64,000 nt of DNA from the NCBI RefSeq assembly GCF_009914755.1, contig NC_060939.1. One strand, written 5' to 3'. A program made the position numbers and the translations under genes. The notes under the pieces are model-generated. The model saw nothing but the letters and a program-made list of their open reading frames with translations, had not been told where the DNA came from and did not search any database. The stretch's first letter is position 1, and each line of letters starts with the position of its first letter. This DNA comes from the human T2T-CHM13v2.0 reference genome, Homo sapiens. This document shows, in pieces, positions 42,001 to 57,100 of this stretch.

Positions 42001-44053
42001 ATCCAGTTGAATCAATTACATTGCAGTCCATTACATTCGAGTCTGTTCTATCCCAGTTCATTCGATTCTGGTGCATTCCATTCGATTCCATTCCATTCGA
42101 TACCATTCCATACTATTGCAGTCCATTCCATTCCATTGTTGTCGAATAAATTCCAATTGAGACCATTCATTTCGTGTCCATTCTATTTGACTCCATTCCA
42201 TTTGAGTCCATTAAATTTGTGCACATTCCATTCCTTTCCATTCCATTCCATTCGGTGCCATTCCATTCCACTCTATTCCATTCAAGTCCATTCCATTTGA
42301 GTCCATTCCATTCCATTCGATGCCATTACATTCAATTCTATTACATTCGACTCCATTCCATTCCATTCCCTTCCAAACGATTCCATTCCATTCTATTACT
42401 TTCTATTCCAATCCATTCCATTCCGTTCCATTCGTTTCCATTCCATTCGAGTCCACTCCACTCCAGTCCATTCCATTCGAGTCCACTCCATTCCAGTCCA
42501 TTCCATTCAAGTCCATTCCACTCCATTCCATTCCATTCGATATCTTTCGATAACACCCCATTCCATTCTGTTCCTTACAATTCAATTCAATTCCATTCCA
42601 TTTGATTCCATTCCATTTGATTCCATTCCATTCGACTCCATTCCATTCGACTCTATTCCATTCAAGTCCATTCCATTCCATTCCATTGCATTCCGTTCGA
42701 ATCCCTATTCCATTCCATTTTGTTCCAGTCCATTCCATTTGAGTCCATTCCATGCCAATCCATTCCATTCGATTCCATTCCAATTGATTCCATTGCACTC
42801 GAATCCAGTGCGTTCCATTCCATTGCTTTCCATTCGATTCCATTCCATTGCATTACATTCCATTCCATTTGATTACATTCCATTAAATTCCATTAATTTC
42901 GAATCAATTACATTGCAATCCATTGCATTCGAGTTCTATTCCAGTCCATTGCATTCCGGCGCATTCCGTTCCATTCCATTCCATTCGATTCCATTCCATT
43001 CGAATCCATTGCATTGCAATGCTTTACATTCGAGTCCGTTTTATTCCAGTCCAATCCATTCCGGTCCATTCCGTTCGATTCCATTCCATTCGATGCCACT
43101 CCATACTATTGTATTTCATTCGATTCCATTCTATTCAAATAAATTCCATTCGAGACCATTCGTTTCGAGTCCATACTATTTGAGTCCATTCCATTTGAGT
43201 CCATTACATTTGGGTCCATTCCATTCAATTCCATTGCAATCCATTCCATTCGATGTCACCCCATTCATTTCTATTCCATTAGAGTCCATGTCATTCGAGT
43301 CCATTCCATTCTATTCCATTCCACTCCATTCCATTCCATTCCATTCCATTCCATTCCATTCTATCCAATTCCGTTCCATTCTATTCCTTTAAAGTCCATT
43401 CCATTCCATTCCATTCATTTCCATTCCATTCGAGTAAAGTCCACTCCAGTCCTTTCCATTCGAGTCCATTCCTCTCCAGTCCATTCCGTTCAATCCATTC
43501 CACCCCAGTCCATTCCATTCGAGTCCGTTCCATTCCAGTCCGTTCCATTCGAGTCAATTCCATTCCATTTGATATCTTTCCATAACGATCCATTCCATTC
43601 TATTCCTTTCAATTCCATTCAATTCCATTCCAGTCCATTTCATTCCATTCGATTCCCTTCCATTGGACTCCTTTCCATTCGAGTGCATTCCATTCCATTC
43701 CATTTCTTTCTGTTCTGTATGATTCCTACAGTTCGATTTCATTTTGTTCCAGTCTATTCCTTTCACGTTCATTCCATTCCATTTCACTCCATTCGATTCC
43801 ATTCCACTCGATTCCACTCCGTTCCATCTCACTGCATTGCATTCTATTCAATTCTATTGCATTCCATTCCATTCCATTTGATTACATTCCATGCGATTCC
43901 ATTAGAATTCGAATCAATTACATTGCAATCCATTACTATTGAGTCCGTTTTATTACAGTCCACTCCATTCTGGTCCATTCCATTTGATTCCATTCCATTC
44001 TATTCCACTCCATACAGTTGCATTCCATTGGATTTCATTCTATATCTATAAAT
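39083..44053 (+). repeat. Higher-order unit U9, ~4971 bp (first part sister of U7; remainder duplicated in U13)
   Basis: Landmark at ~39083 and 44054. Shares CGGGTTCATT, the 85-bp duplication and CTACTAGAG with U7. Confidence 0.86.
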
Positions 44054-47000
44054 TCAATTCGAGACCATTGCTTTGGAGTCCATTCTATATGATTCCATTC
44101 CATTCAAGTCCATTACATTTGGTTCAATTCCATTCCATTCCATTCCCTTCCATTCCATTCCATTTGATATCAATCCATTCGATTCCATTCCATTCGAGCA
44201 CATTCCATTCGAGTCCATTCCATTCGATGCCATTCCATTTAATTCTATTCCATTAGACTCCATTCAATTCCATTAATCTCCATTCCATTCCATTCTACTC
44301 CAACTGATTCCATTCCATTCTATTCCTTTCCATTCCATTCCATTCCATTCGCTTCCATTCCATTCGTGTCCATTCCACTCCAGTCCATTCCATTCGTGTC
44401 CATTCCATTCCAGTCCATTCCATTTGTGTCCACTGTATTCCATTACACTCCATTCCATATTATTCCATTACACTCCATTCCATTCTATTACTTTCATTTC
44501 CATTCAGTTCCATTCCATTTGATTCCATTCCACTCGGTTTCATTCCATTTGAGTCCATTCCATTCCATTCCATTCCATTCCGTTCCATTCCATTCTGTTC
44601 CATTCCATTCCATTCCATTCTATTGGGTACCATTCCATATTGTTCCATTCGATTCCATTCGAATCCATTCCATTCCAGTCCATTCCATTGGATTCCATTC
44701 CATTCCTTTCAATTCCATTCCATTCCTTTCGACTCCACTTGATTCCACTCCATTCCCTTCCACTGCATTCCATTCGATTCCATTCCATTGCATTGCATTC
44801 CATTCCATTGAATTGCATTCCATTCGATTCCATTCCATTCGAATCAATTATATAGCAATCCATGACATTCGAGTCTGTTCTATTCCGTTCCATTCGATTT
44901 CGTTCCAATCCATTCGATTCCATTCCATTCGATTCCATTCCATACTATTGCATTCCATTCGATTAAATTATACTCGAATAAATTCCATTCAAGACCATTT
45001 CTGTTGAGTCCATTCTACTTGAGTCCATTCCCTTTGATTCCACAACATTTGAGTCCATTCAATTCCATTCCTTTCGTTTCCATTCCATTTGATGCCATTC
45101 CATTCAATTCTGTTCTACTCGACTCCAATACATTCAATTCCATTCCATCCGATTCCATTACATTCTTTTCATTTCTTATCCATTTCAAGCCATTCCATTC
45201 CATTCCATTCCATTCCACTCGTTTCCTTTCCATTCGAGTCCATTCCACTCCAGTCCATTCCATTCGAATCCATTTCACTCCAGTCCATTCCATTCGAATC
45301 CATTTCACTCCAGTCCATTAAATTCGAGTACATTCCATTCCATTCTATTCAATGCCATTCCATTCGATTCTATTCCATTCGACACCATTCCTTTCCATTC
45401 CGTTCCATCCGATTCCATTCCATTGTATTCCGTTCCATTCCATTCCATTGCATTCCATTCGTTTCCATTCCATTCGAATTCATTCCACTCAAGTCCATTC
45501 CATTCGAGTCCATTCCATTCGATATCATTCCATACTATTGCATTCCATTCGATTCCATTGTTTTCCAATAAATTCCAACCGAGACCATTCCTTTCGTGTC
45601 CATTCTATTTGACTGCATTCCATTTGAGTCCATTAAATTTCTGCACATTCCATTCCTTTCCATTCCATTCCATTCCTTTCGGTGCCATTCCATTCCACTC
45701 TAATCCATTCAAGTCCATTCCATTTGAGTCCATTCCATTGATTCGATGCCATTACATTCAATTCTATTCCATTCGACTCCATTGCATTCCATTCCCTTCC
45801 AAACGATTCCATTCCATTCTATTACTTTCTATTCCAATCCATTCCATTCCGTTCCATTCGTTTCCATTCCATTCGAGTCCACTCCATTCCAGTCCATTCC
45901 ATTCCAGTCCATTCCATTCAAGTCCATTCCATTCAAGTCCATTCCACTCCGTTCCATTCCATTCGATATCTTTCGATAACACCCCATTCCATTCTGCTCC
46001 TTAATATTCAATTCAATTCCATTCCATTTGATTCCATTCCATTTGATTACATTCCATTCGACTCCATTCCATTCGACTCTATTCCATTCGAGTCCATTCC
46101 ATTCCATTCCATTGCATTCCGTTCGAATCCCTATTCCATTCCATTTTGTTACTGTCCATTCCATTTTAGTCCATTCCATGCCAAACCATTCCATTCGATT
46201 CCATAACAATAGATTCCATTGCACTCGAATCCAGTGCGTTCCATTCCATTGCTTTCCATTCTATTACATTCCATTGCATTACATTCCATTCCATTTGATT
46301 GCATTCCATTCAATTCCATTAATTTCGAATCAATTACATTGCAATCCATTGCATTCGAGTTCTATTCCAGTCCATTGCATTCCGGCGCATGCCGTTCCAT
46401 TCCATTCCATTCGATTCCGTTCCATTCGAATCGATTGCATTGCAATGCTTTACATTCGAGTCCGTTTTATTCCAGTCCAATCCATTCTGGTCCATTCCGT
46501 TCGATTCCATTCCATTCGATGCCACTCCATACTATTGTATTTCATTCGATTCCATTCTGTTCAAATAAATTCCATTCGAGACCATTCCTTTCGAGTCCAT
46601 TCTATTTGAGTCCATTCCATTCGAGTCCATTATATTTGGGTCCATTCCATTCAATTCCATTGCAATCGATTCCATTCGATGTCACTCCATTCATTTCTAT
46701 TCCATTAGCGTCCATGTCATTCGAGTCCATTCCATTCTATTCTATTCCACTCCATTCCATTCCATTCCACTCCATTCCATTCGATGCCGTTCCATTCAAT
46801 TCTATTATATTCCACTCCATTTAATTCCATTCCATTCCATTCCATTCCATTCTATCCAATTCCGTTCCATTCTATTCCTTTAAACTCCATTCCATTCCAT
46901 TCCATTCGTTTCCATTCCATTCGAGTAAAGTCCACTCCAGTCCTTTCCATTCTAGTCCATTCCTCTCCAGTCCATTCCGTTCAATCCATTCCATTCCAGT

Positions 47001-50000
47001 CCATTCCATTCGAGTCCGTTCCATTCCAGTCCATTCCATTCGAGTCAATTCCATTCCATTCGATATCTTTCCATAACGATCCATTCCATTCTATTCCTTT
47101 CGATTCCATTCAATTCCATTCCATTCTATTTCATTCCATTCGATTCCCTTCCATTGGACTCCTTTCCATTCGAGTGCATTCCATTCCGTTCCATTTCTTT
47201 CTGTTCTGTATGATTCCTACTGTTCGATTTCATTTTGTTCCAGTCTATTCCTTTCAAGTCCATTCCATTCCATTTCACTCCATTCGATTCCATTCCACTC
47301 GATTCCACTCCGTTCCATTTCATTGCATTCCATTCTATTCAATTCTATTGCATTCCACTCCATTCCATTTGATTACATTCCATGCGATTCCATTCGAATT
47401 CGAATCAATTACATTGCAATCCATTACTATTGAGTCCGTTTTATTCCAGTCCACTGCATTCTGGTCCATTCCATTTGATTCCATTCCATTCTATTCCATT
47501 CCATACAGTTGCATTCCATTGGATTCCATGCTATATCTATAAATTCAATTCGAGACCATTGCTTTTGAGTCCATTCTATATGATTCCATTCCATTCAAGT
47601 CCATTACATTTGTTTCAATTCCATTCCATTCCATTCCCTTCCATTCCATTCCATTTGATATCAATCCATACGATTCCATTCCATTCGAGCACATTCCATT
47701 CGAGTCCATTCCATTCGATGCCATTCCATTTAATTCTATTCCATTAGACTCCATTCAATTCCATTAATCTCCATTCCATTCCATTCTACTCCAACTGATT
47801 CCATTCCATTCTATTCGTTTCCATTCCATTCCATTCCATTCGCTTCCATTCCATTCGTGTCCATTCCACTCCAGTCCATTCCATTCGTGTCCATTCCATT
47901 CCAGTCCATTCCATTTGTGTCCACCGCATTCCATTCCACTCCATTCCATATTATTCCATTACACTCCATTCCATTCTATTACTTTCATTTCCATTCAGTT
48001 CCATTCCATTTGATTCCATTCCACTCGGTTTCATTCCATTTGAGTCCATTCCATTCCATTCCATTCCATTCCATTCCATTCCGTTCCATTCCATTCTGTT
48101 CCATTCCATTCCATTCCATTCTATTGGGTACCATTCCATATTGTTCCATTCGATTCCATTCGAATCCATTCCATTCCAGTCCATTCCATTCGATTCCATT
48201 CCATTCCTTTCAATTCCATTCCATTCCTTTCGACTCCTCTTGATTCCACTCCATTCCCTTCCACTGCATTCCATTCGATTCCATTCCATTGCATTGCATT
48301 CCATTCCATTGAATTGCATTCCATTCGATTACATTCCATTCGAATCAATTACATAGCAATCCATTACATTCGAGTCTGTTCTATTCCGTTCCATTTGATT
48401 TCGTTGCAATCCATTCGATTCCATTCCATTCGATTCCATTCCATACTATTGCATTCCATTCGATTAAATTATACTCGAATAAATTCCATTCAAGACCATT
48501 TCTGTTGAGTCCATTCTACTTGAGTACATTCCCTTTGATTCCACAACATTTGAGTCCATTCAATTCCATTCCTTTCGTTTCCATTCCATTTGATGCCATT
48601 CCATTCAATTCTGTTCTACTCGACTCCAATACATTCAATTCCATTCCATCCGATTCCATTACATTCTTTTCATTTCTTATCCATTTCAAGCCATTCCATT
48701 CCATTCCATTCCATTCCACTCGTTTCCTTTCCATTCGAGTCCATTCCACTCCAGTCCATTCCATTCGAATCCATTTCACTCCAGTCCATTCCGTTCGATT
48801 CCATTTCACTCCAGTCCATTAAATTCGAGTACATTCCATTCCATTCTATTCAATGCCATTCCATTCGATTCTATTCCATTCGACACCATTCCTTTCCATT
48901 CCGTTCCATCCGATTCCATTCCATTGTATTCCATTCCATTGCATTCCATTGCATTCCATTCGTTTCCATTACATTCGAATTCATTCCACTCAAGTCCATT
49001 CCATTCGAGTCCATTCCATTCGATATCATTCCATACTATTGCATTCCATTTGATTCCATTGTTTTCCAATAAATTCCAACCGAGACTGTTCCTTTCGTGT
49101 CCATTCTATTTGACTGCATTCCATTTGAGTCCATTAAATTTCTGCACATTCCATTCCTTTCCATTCCATTCCATTCCATTCCTTTCGGTGCCATTCCATT
49201 CCACTCTACTCCATTCAAGTCCATTCCATTTGAGTCCATTCCATTGATTCGATGCCATTACATTCAATTCTATTCCATTCGACTCCATTGCATTCCATTC
49301 CCTTCCAAACGATTCCATTCCATTCTATTACTTTCTATTCCAATCCATTCCATTCCGTTCCATTCGTTTCCATTCCATTCGAGTCCACTCCATTCCAGTC
49401 CATTCCATTCGAGTCCATTCCATTCCAGTCCATTCCATTCAAGTCCATTCCACTCCATTCCATTCCATTCGATATCTTTCGATAACACCCCATTCCATTC
49501 TGCTCCTTAGTATTCAATTCAATTCCATTCCATTTGATTCCATTCCATTTGATTACATTCCATTCGACTCCATTCCATTCGACTCTATTCCATTCGAGTC
49601 CATTCCATTCCATTCCATTGCATTCCGTTCGAATCCCTATTCCATTCCATTTTGTTACTGTCCATTCCATTTGAGTCCATTCCACGCCAAACCATTCCAT
49701 TCGATTCCATTCCAATAGATTCCATTGCACTTGAATCCAGTGCGTTCCATTCCATTGCTTTCCATTCTATCACATTCCATTCCATTCCATTGCATTACAT
49801 TCCATTCCATTTGATTGCATTCCATTCAATTCCATTAATTTCGAATCAATTACATTGCAAGCCATTGCATTCGAGTTCTATTCCAGTCCATTGCATTCCG
49901 GTGCATGCCGTTCCATTCCATTCCATTCGCTTCCGTTCCATTCGAATCGACTGCATTGCAATGCTTTACATTCGAGTCCGTTTTATTCCAGTCCAATCCA

Positions 50001-51065
50001 TTCCGTTCCATTCCGTTCGATTCCATTCCATTCGATGCCACTCCATACTATAGTATTTCATTCGATTCCATTCTATTCAAATAAATTCCATTCGAGACCA
50101 TTCCTTTCGAGTCCATTCTATTTGAGTCCATTCCATTCGAGTCCATTATATTTGGGTCCACTCCATTCAATTCCATTGCAATCGATTCCATTCGATGTCA
50201 CTCCATTCATTTCTATTCCATTAGAGTCCATGTCATTCGAGACCATTCCATTCTATTCTATTCCACTCCATTCCATTCCATTCCACTCCATTCCATTCGT
50301 TGCCGTTCCATTCAATTCTATTATATTCCCCTCCATTTAATTCCATTCCATTCCATTCCATTCCATTCCATTCTATCCAATTCCGTTCCATTCTATTCCT
50401 TTAAAGTCCATTCCATTCCATTCCATTCGTTTCCACTCCATTCGAGTAATGTCCACTCCAGTCCTTTCCATTCGAGTCCATTCATCTCCAGTCCATTCCG
50501 TTCAATCCATTCCATTCCAGTCCATTCCATTCGAGTCCGTTCCATTCCAGTCCATTCCATTCGAGTCAATTCCATTCCATTCGATATTTTTCCATAACGA
50601 TCCATTCCATTCTATTCCTTTCGATTCTATTCAATTCCATTCCATTCTATTTCATTCCATTCGATTCCCTTCCGTTGGACTCCTTTCCATTCGAGTGCAT
50701 TCCATTCCGTTCCATATCTTTCTGTTCTGTATGATTCCTACCGTTCGATTTCATTTTGTTCCAGTCTATTCCTTTCAAGTCCATTCCATTCCATTTCACT
50801 CCATTCGATTCCATTCCACTCGATTCCACTCCGTTCCATTTCATTGCATTCCATTCTATTCAATTCTATTGCATTGCATTCCATTCCATTGGATTACATT
50901 CCATGCGATTCCATTCGATTTCGAATCAATTACATTGAAATCCATTACTATTGTGTCCGTTTTATTCCAGTCCACTCCATTCTGCTCCATTCCATTTGAT
51001 TCCATTCCATTCTATTCCATTCCGTACAGTTGCATTCCATTGGATTCCATTCTATATCGATAAAT
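44054..51065 (+). repeat. Two short higher-order units U10 (3491 bp) and U11 (3521 bp), four-module lineage
   Basis: Landmarks at 44054, 47545 and 51066. Both lack the CAACAGAG-through-CCAGTTGAATC segment (~1.33 kb) and carry GGGTACC, TTTCTGCAC and CCAACCGAGAC variants. Confidence 0.88.
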
Positions 51066-54000
51066 TCAACTCGAGACCATTGCTTTTGAGTCCATTCTAT
51101 ATGATTCCATTCCATTCAAGTCCATTACATTTGGTTCAATTCCATTCCATTCCATTCCCTTCCATTCCATTCCATTTGATATCAATCCATTCGATTCCAT
51201 TCCATTCGAGCACATTCCATTCGAGTCCATTCCATTCGATGCCATTCCATTTGATTCTATTCCATTAGTCTCCATTCAATTCCATTAATCTCCATTCCAT
51301 TCCATTCTACTCCAACTGATTCCATTCCATTCTATTCCTTTCCGTTCCATTCCATTCCATTCCATTCGTTTCCATTCCATTCGTGTCCATTCCACTCCAG
51401 TCCATTCCGTTCGTGTCCATTCCATTCCACTCCATTCCATTTGTGTCCACTGCATTCCATTCCACTCCATTCCATATTATTCCATTACACTCCATTCCAT
51501 TCTATTACTTTCATTTCCATTCAGTTCCATTCCATTTGATTCCATTCCACTCGGTTTCACTCCATTTGAGTTCATTCCATTCCATTCCATTCCATTCCAT
51601 TCCATTCCATTCCATTCCATTCTGTTCCATTCCATTCCATTCCATTCGGTACCATTCCATATTGTTCCATTCGATTCCATTCGAATCCATTCCATTCCAT
51701 TCCATTCCATTCGATTCCATTCCATTCCTTTCCATTCCATTCCATTCCATTCGATTCCACTTGATTCCACTCCATTCCCTTCCACTGCATTCCATTCGAT
51801 TCCATTCCATTGCATTGCATTCCATTCCATTGGATTGCATTCCATTCGATTCAATTCCATTCCAATCAATTACATAGCAATCCATTACATTCGAGTCTAT
51901 TCTATTCCGTTCCATTCGATTTCGTTCCAATCCATTCGATTCCATTCCATTCGATTCCATTCCATACTATTGCCTTCCATTCGATTAAATTATATTCGAA
52001 TAAATTCCATTCAAGACCATTTCTGTTGAGTCTATTCTACTTGAGTCCATTCCTTTTGATTCCATAACATTTGAGTCCATTCAATTCCATTCCTTTCGTT
52101 TCCATTCCATTTGATGCCATTCCATTCAATTCTGTTCTACTCGACTCCAATACATTCAACTCCATTCCATCCGATTCCATTACATTCTTTTCATTTCTTA
52201 TTCATTTCAAGCCATTCCATTCCATTCCACTCGTTTCCTTACCATTCGAGTCCATTCCATTCGAATCCATTTCACTCCAGTCCATTAAATTCGAGTACAT
52301 TCCATTCCATTCTATTCAATGCCATTCCATTCGATTCTATTCCATTCGACACCATTCCTTTCCATTCCGTTCCATCCGATTCCATTCCATTGTATTCCAT
52401 TCAATTCCATTCCATTGCATTCCATTCGTTTCCATTCCATTCGAATTCATTCCACTCAAGTCCATTCCATTCGAGTCCATTCCATTCGATATCATTCCAT
52501 GCTATTGCATTCCATTCGATTCCATTGTTTTCGAATAAATTCCAACCGAGACCGTTCCTTTCGTGTCCATTCTATTTGACTGCATTCCATTTGAGTCCAT
52601 TAAATTTCTGCACATTCCATTCCTTTCCATTCCATTCCATTCCATTCCTTTCGGTGCCATTCCATTCCACTCTACTCCATTCAAGTCCATTCCATTTGAG
52701 TCCATTCCATTGATTCGATGCCATTACTTTCAATTCTATTACATTAGACTCCATTCCATTCCATTCCCTTCCAAACGATTCCATTCCATTTTATTACTTT
52801 CTATTCCAATCCATTCCATTCCGTTCCATTCGTTTCCATTCCATTCGTGTCCACTCCATTCCATTCCATTCCATTCGATTCCATTCCATTCCAGTCCATT
52901 CCATTCAAGTCCATTCCACTCCATTCCATTCCATTCGATATCTTTCGATAACACCCCATTCCATTCTGCTCCTTACTATTCATTCCGGCGCATTCCGTTC
53001 CAATCCATTCCATTCCATTCCATTCCATTTGAATCCATTGCATTGCAATGCTTTACATTCGAGTCCGTTTTATTCCAGTCCAATCCATTCTGGTCCATTC
53101 CGTTCGATTCCATTCCATTCGATGCCACTCCATACTATTGTATTTCATTCGATTCCATTCTATTCAAATAAATTCCATACGAGACCATTCGTTTCGAGTC
53201 CATTCTATTTGAGTCCATTATATTTGGGTCCATTCCATTCAATTCCATTGCAATCCATTCCATTCGATGTCACCCCATTCATTTCTGTTCCATTAGAGTC
53301 CATGTCATTCGAGTCCATTCCATTCTATTCTATTCCACTCCATTCCATTCCATTCCACTCCATTCCAATTGTTGCCGTTCCATTCAATTCTATTATATTC
53401 CGCTCCATGTAATTCCATTGCATTCCATTCCATTCCATTCCATTCTATCCAATTCCGTTCCATTCTATTCCTTTAAAGTCCATTCCATTCCATTCCATTC
53501 ATTTCCATTCCATTCGAGTAAAGTCCACTCCAGTCCTTTCCATTCGAGTCCATTCCTCTCCAGTCCATTCCGTTCAATCCATTCCATTCCAGTCCATTCC
53601 ATTCGAGTCCGTTCCATTCCAGTCCGTTCCATTCGAGTCAATTCCATTCCATTTGATATCTTTCCATAACGATCCATTCCATTCTATTCCTTTCAATTCC
53701 ATTCAATTCCATTCCATTCCATTTCATTCCATTCGATTCCCTTCCATTGGACTCCTTTCCATTCGAGTGCATTCCATTCCGTTCCATTTCTTTCTGTTCT
53801 GTATGATTCCTACTGTTCGATTTCATTTTGTTCCAGTCTATTCCTTTCACGTTCATTCCATTCCATTTCACTCCATTCGATTCCATTCCACTCGATTCCA
53901 CTCCGTTCCATTTCACTGCATTCCATTCTATTCAATTCTATTGCATTCCATTCCATTCCATTTGATTACATTCCATGCGATTCCATTCGAATTCGAATCA

Positions 54001-54137
54001 ATTACATTGCAATCCATTACTATTGAGTCCGTTTTATTCCAGTCCACTCCATTCTGGTCCATTCCATTTGATTCCATTCCATTCTATTCCATTCCATACA
54101 GTTGCATTCCATTCGATTCCATTCTATATCTATAAAT
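51066..54137 (+). repeat. Shortest unit U12, 3072 bp (short lineage plus an extra ~380 bp deletion at ~52980)
   Basis: Junction CTGCTCCTTACTATTCATTCCGGCGC at ~52965-52992 joins two motifs that are ~380 bp apart in U11. Confidence 0.82.
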
Positions 54138-57100
54138 TCAACTCGAGACCATTGCTTTTGAGTCCATTCTATATGATTCCATTCCATTCAAGTCCATTAC
54201 ATTTGGTTCAATTCCATTCCATTCCATTCCCTTCCATTCCATTCCATTTGATATCAATCCATTCGATTCCATTCCATTCGAGCACATTCCATTCGAGTCC
54301 ATTCCATTCGATGCCATTCCATTTGATTCTATTCCATTAGTCTCCATTCAATTCCACTAATCTCCATTCCATTCCATTCTACTCCAACTGATTCCATTCC
54401 ATTCTATTCCATTTCATTCCATTCCATTCCATTCCATTCCATTCGCTTCCATTCCATTCGTGTTCATTCCACTCCAGTCCATTCCATTCGTGTCCATTCC
54501 ATTCCAGTCCATTCCATTTGTGTCCACTGCATTCCATTCCACTCCATTCCATATTATTCCATTACACTCCATTCCATTCTATTACTTTCATTTCCATTCA
54601 ATTCCATTCCATTTGATTCCATTCCACTCGGTTTCATTCCATTTGAGTCCACTCCATTCCATTCCATTCCATGCCATGCCATTCCATTCCATTCCATTCC
54701 ATTCCATTCCATTCTGTACCATTCCATATTGTTCCATTCGATTCCATTCGAATCCATTCCATTCCAGTCCATTCCATTCGATTCCATTCCATTACTTTCT
54801 ATTCCATTCCTTTCAATTCCATTCCATTCCACTTGATTCCACTCCATTCCCTTCCACTGCATTCCATTCGATTCCATTCCATTACATTGCATTCCATTCC
54901 ATTGGATTGCATTCCATTCGACTCCATTCCATTCCAATCAATTACATAGCAATCCATGACATTCGAATCTATTCTATTCCGTTCCATTCGATTTCGTTCC
55001 AATCCATTCGATTCCATTCCATTCGATTCCATTCCATACTATTGCATTCCATTCGATTAAATTATATTCGAATAAATTCCATTCAAGACCATTTCTGTTG
55101 AGTCTATTCTACTAGAGTCCATTCCCTTTGATCCCATAACATTTCAGTCCATTCAATTCCATTCCTTTCGTTTCCATTCCATTTGATGCCATTCCATTCA
55201 ATTCTGTTCTACTCGACTCCAATACATTCAATTCCATTCCATCCGATTCCATTACATTCTTTTCATTTCTTATCCATTTCAAGCCATTCCATTCCATTCC
55301 ATTCCATTCCACTCGTTTGCTTTCCATTCGAGTCCATTCCACTCCAGTCCATTCCATTCGAATCCATTTCACTCCAGTCCATTCCATTCGAATCCATTTC
55401 ACTCCAGTCCATTAAATTCGAGTACATTCCATTCCATTCTATTCAATGCCATTCCATTCGATTCTATTCCATTCGACACCATTCCTTTCCATTCCGTTCC
55501 ATCCGATTCCATTCCATTGTATTCCATTCAATTCCATTCCATTGCATTCCATTCCATTCCAATCGTTTCCATTCCATTCGAATTCATTCCACTCAAGTCC
55601 ATTCCATTCGAGTCCATTCCATTCCAGTCCATTCCAACAGAGTCCATTGCTTTCCATTCCATTCGATATCTTCCCATTACAGTCCATTCCATTCTATTCC
55701 TTTGGTTCCCATTCAATTAAATTCCATTGGATTACATTTCATTCGATTCCATTCCATTCGACTCCATTCCATTCGAGTCCATTCCATTCCAGTCCATTCC
55801 ATTCGATTCCATTCCATTCGATTCCATTCCACTCATTTCCACTCCGTTGCATTCCATTGCATTCCATTCCATTCCATTGGATTACATTCCATTCGATTCC
55901 ATTCTATTCGAATCAATTGCTTTGCAATGCATTACATTCATGCCCTTTCTATTAAAGTTCAATCCATTATGGTCCATTCCATTCAATTCCATTCTATTCC
56001 ATTCCATTCGAATCAATTACATTGCAGTCCATCACATTCGAGTACGTTCTGTTCCAGTCCATTCAGTTCTGGTCTATTCCATTCAATTCCATTCACTTTG
56101 ATTCCATTCCCTTTGATTCCATTCCATTTTTGTACATTCCATTGGATTCCATCTTATTGAAATAAGTTCTATTCGAGACCATTTCTTCGAGTCCAATCAA
56201 TTTGAGTCCATTCCATTCGAGTCCATTATATCTGGGTCTATTCCATTCCATCCCATTCCGTTCGATGCCATTCAATTTGATTCTTTTCCATTCGTCTCCA
56301 TTCCTTTCCATTCAGTTCCATCGGATTCCATTCCATTCTATTCCTTTCCATTTCATTGCATTCCATTCTATTCCACTGGAGACCATTCCACTTCAGTGCA
56401 TTCCATTCCAGTGTATTCCATTCCAGTGTATTCCATTCCATTCCATTCCATTCCATTCCATTCCATTCCATTCCATTCCATTCCATTCCATTCGATATCT
56501 TTCCATTACACTCCATTCCATTGTATTCCTTTACAGTCCATTCAATTCCATTCTATTCGATTCCATTCAATTCAATTCCATTACATTCGACTCCATTTCA
56601 TTAGTGTCCATTGCAATCCATTCCATTCCATTTCTTTATGTTCTATTCCATTCCGTTCGATTCCATTTTATTCCAGTCCATTCCATTCGAGTCCATTGCA
56701 TTCCAGTGCAATTCATTTGATTCCACTCCATTCGATTCTATTCCACTCAATTCCACTCCGTTCCATTCCTTTGCGTTCCTTTCTATTCCATTCCATTGCA
56801 TTCCATTCCATTCCATTCCATTCCATTCCATTCCATTCCATTTCATTTGTTTACATTCCATTGAATTCCAATCCAGTTGAATCAATTACATTGCAGTCCA
56901 TTACATTCGAGTCTGTTCTATCCCAGTTCATTCGATTCTGGTGCATTCCATTCGATTCCATTCCATTCGATACCATTCCATACTATTGCAGTCCATTCCA
57001 TTCCATTGTTGTCGAATAAATTCCAATTGAGACCATTCATTTCGTGTCCATTCTATTTGACTCCATTCCATTTGAGTCCATTAAATTTGTGCACATTCCA

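Noticed and set aside
44054-51065. Assignment of the 3.5 kb units to Y-chromosome DYZ1
   Set aside because: Only the size is similar. These units are explained as deletion derivatives of the local 4.85 kb unit, and no alignment could be run.
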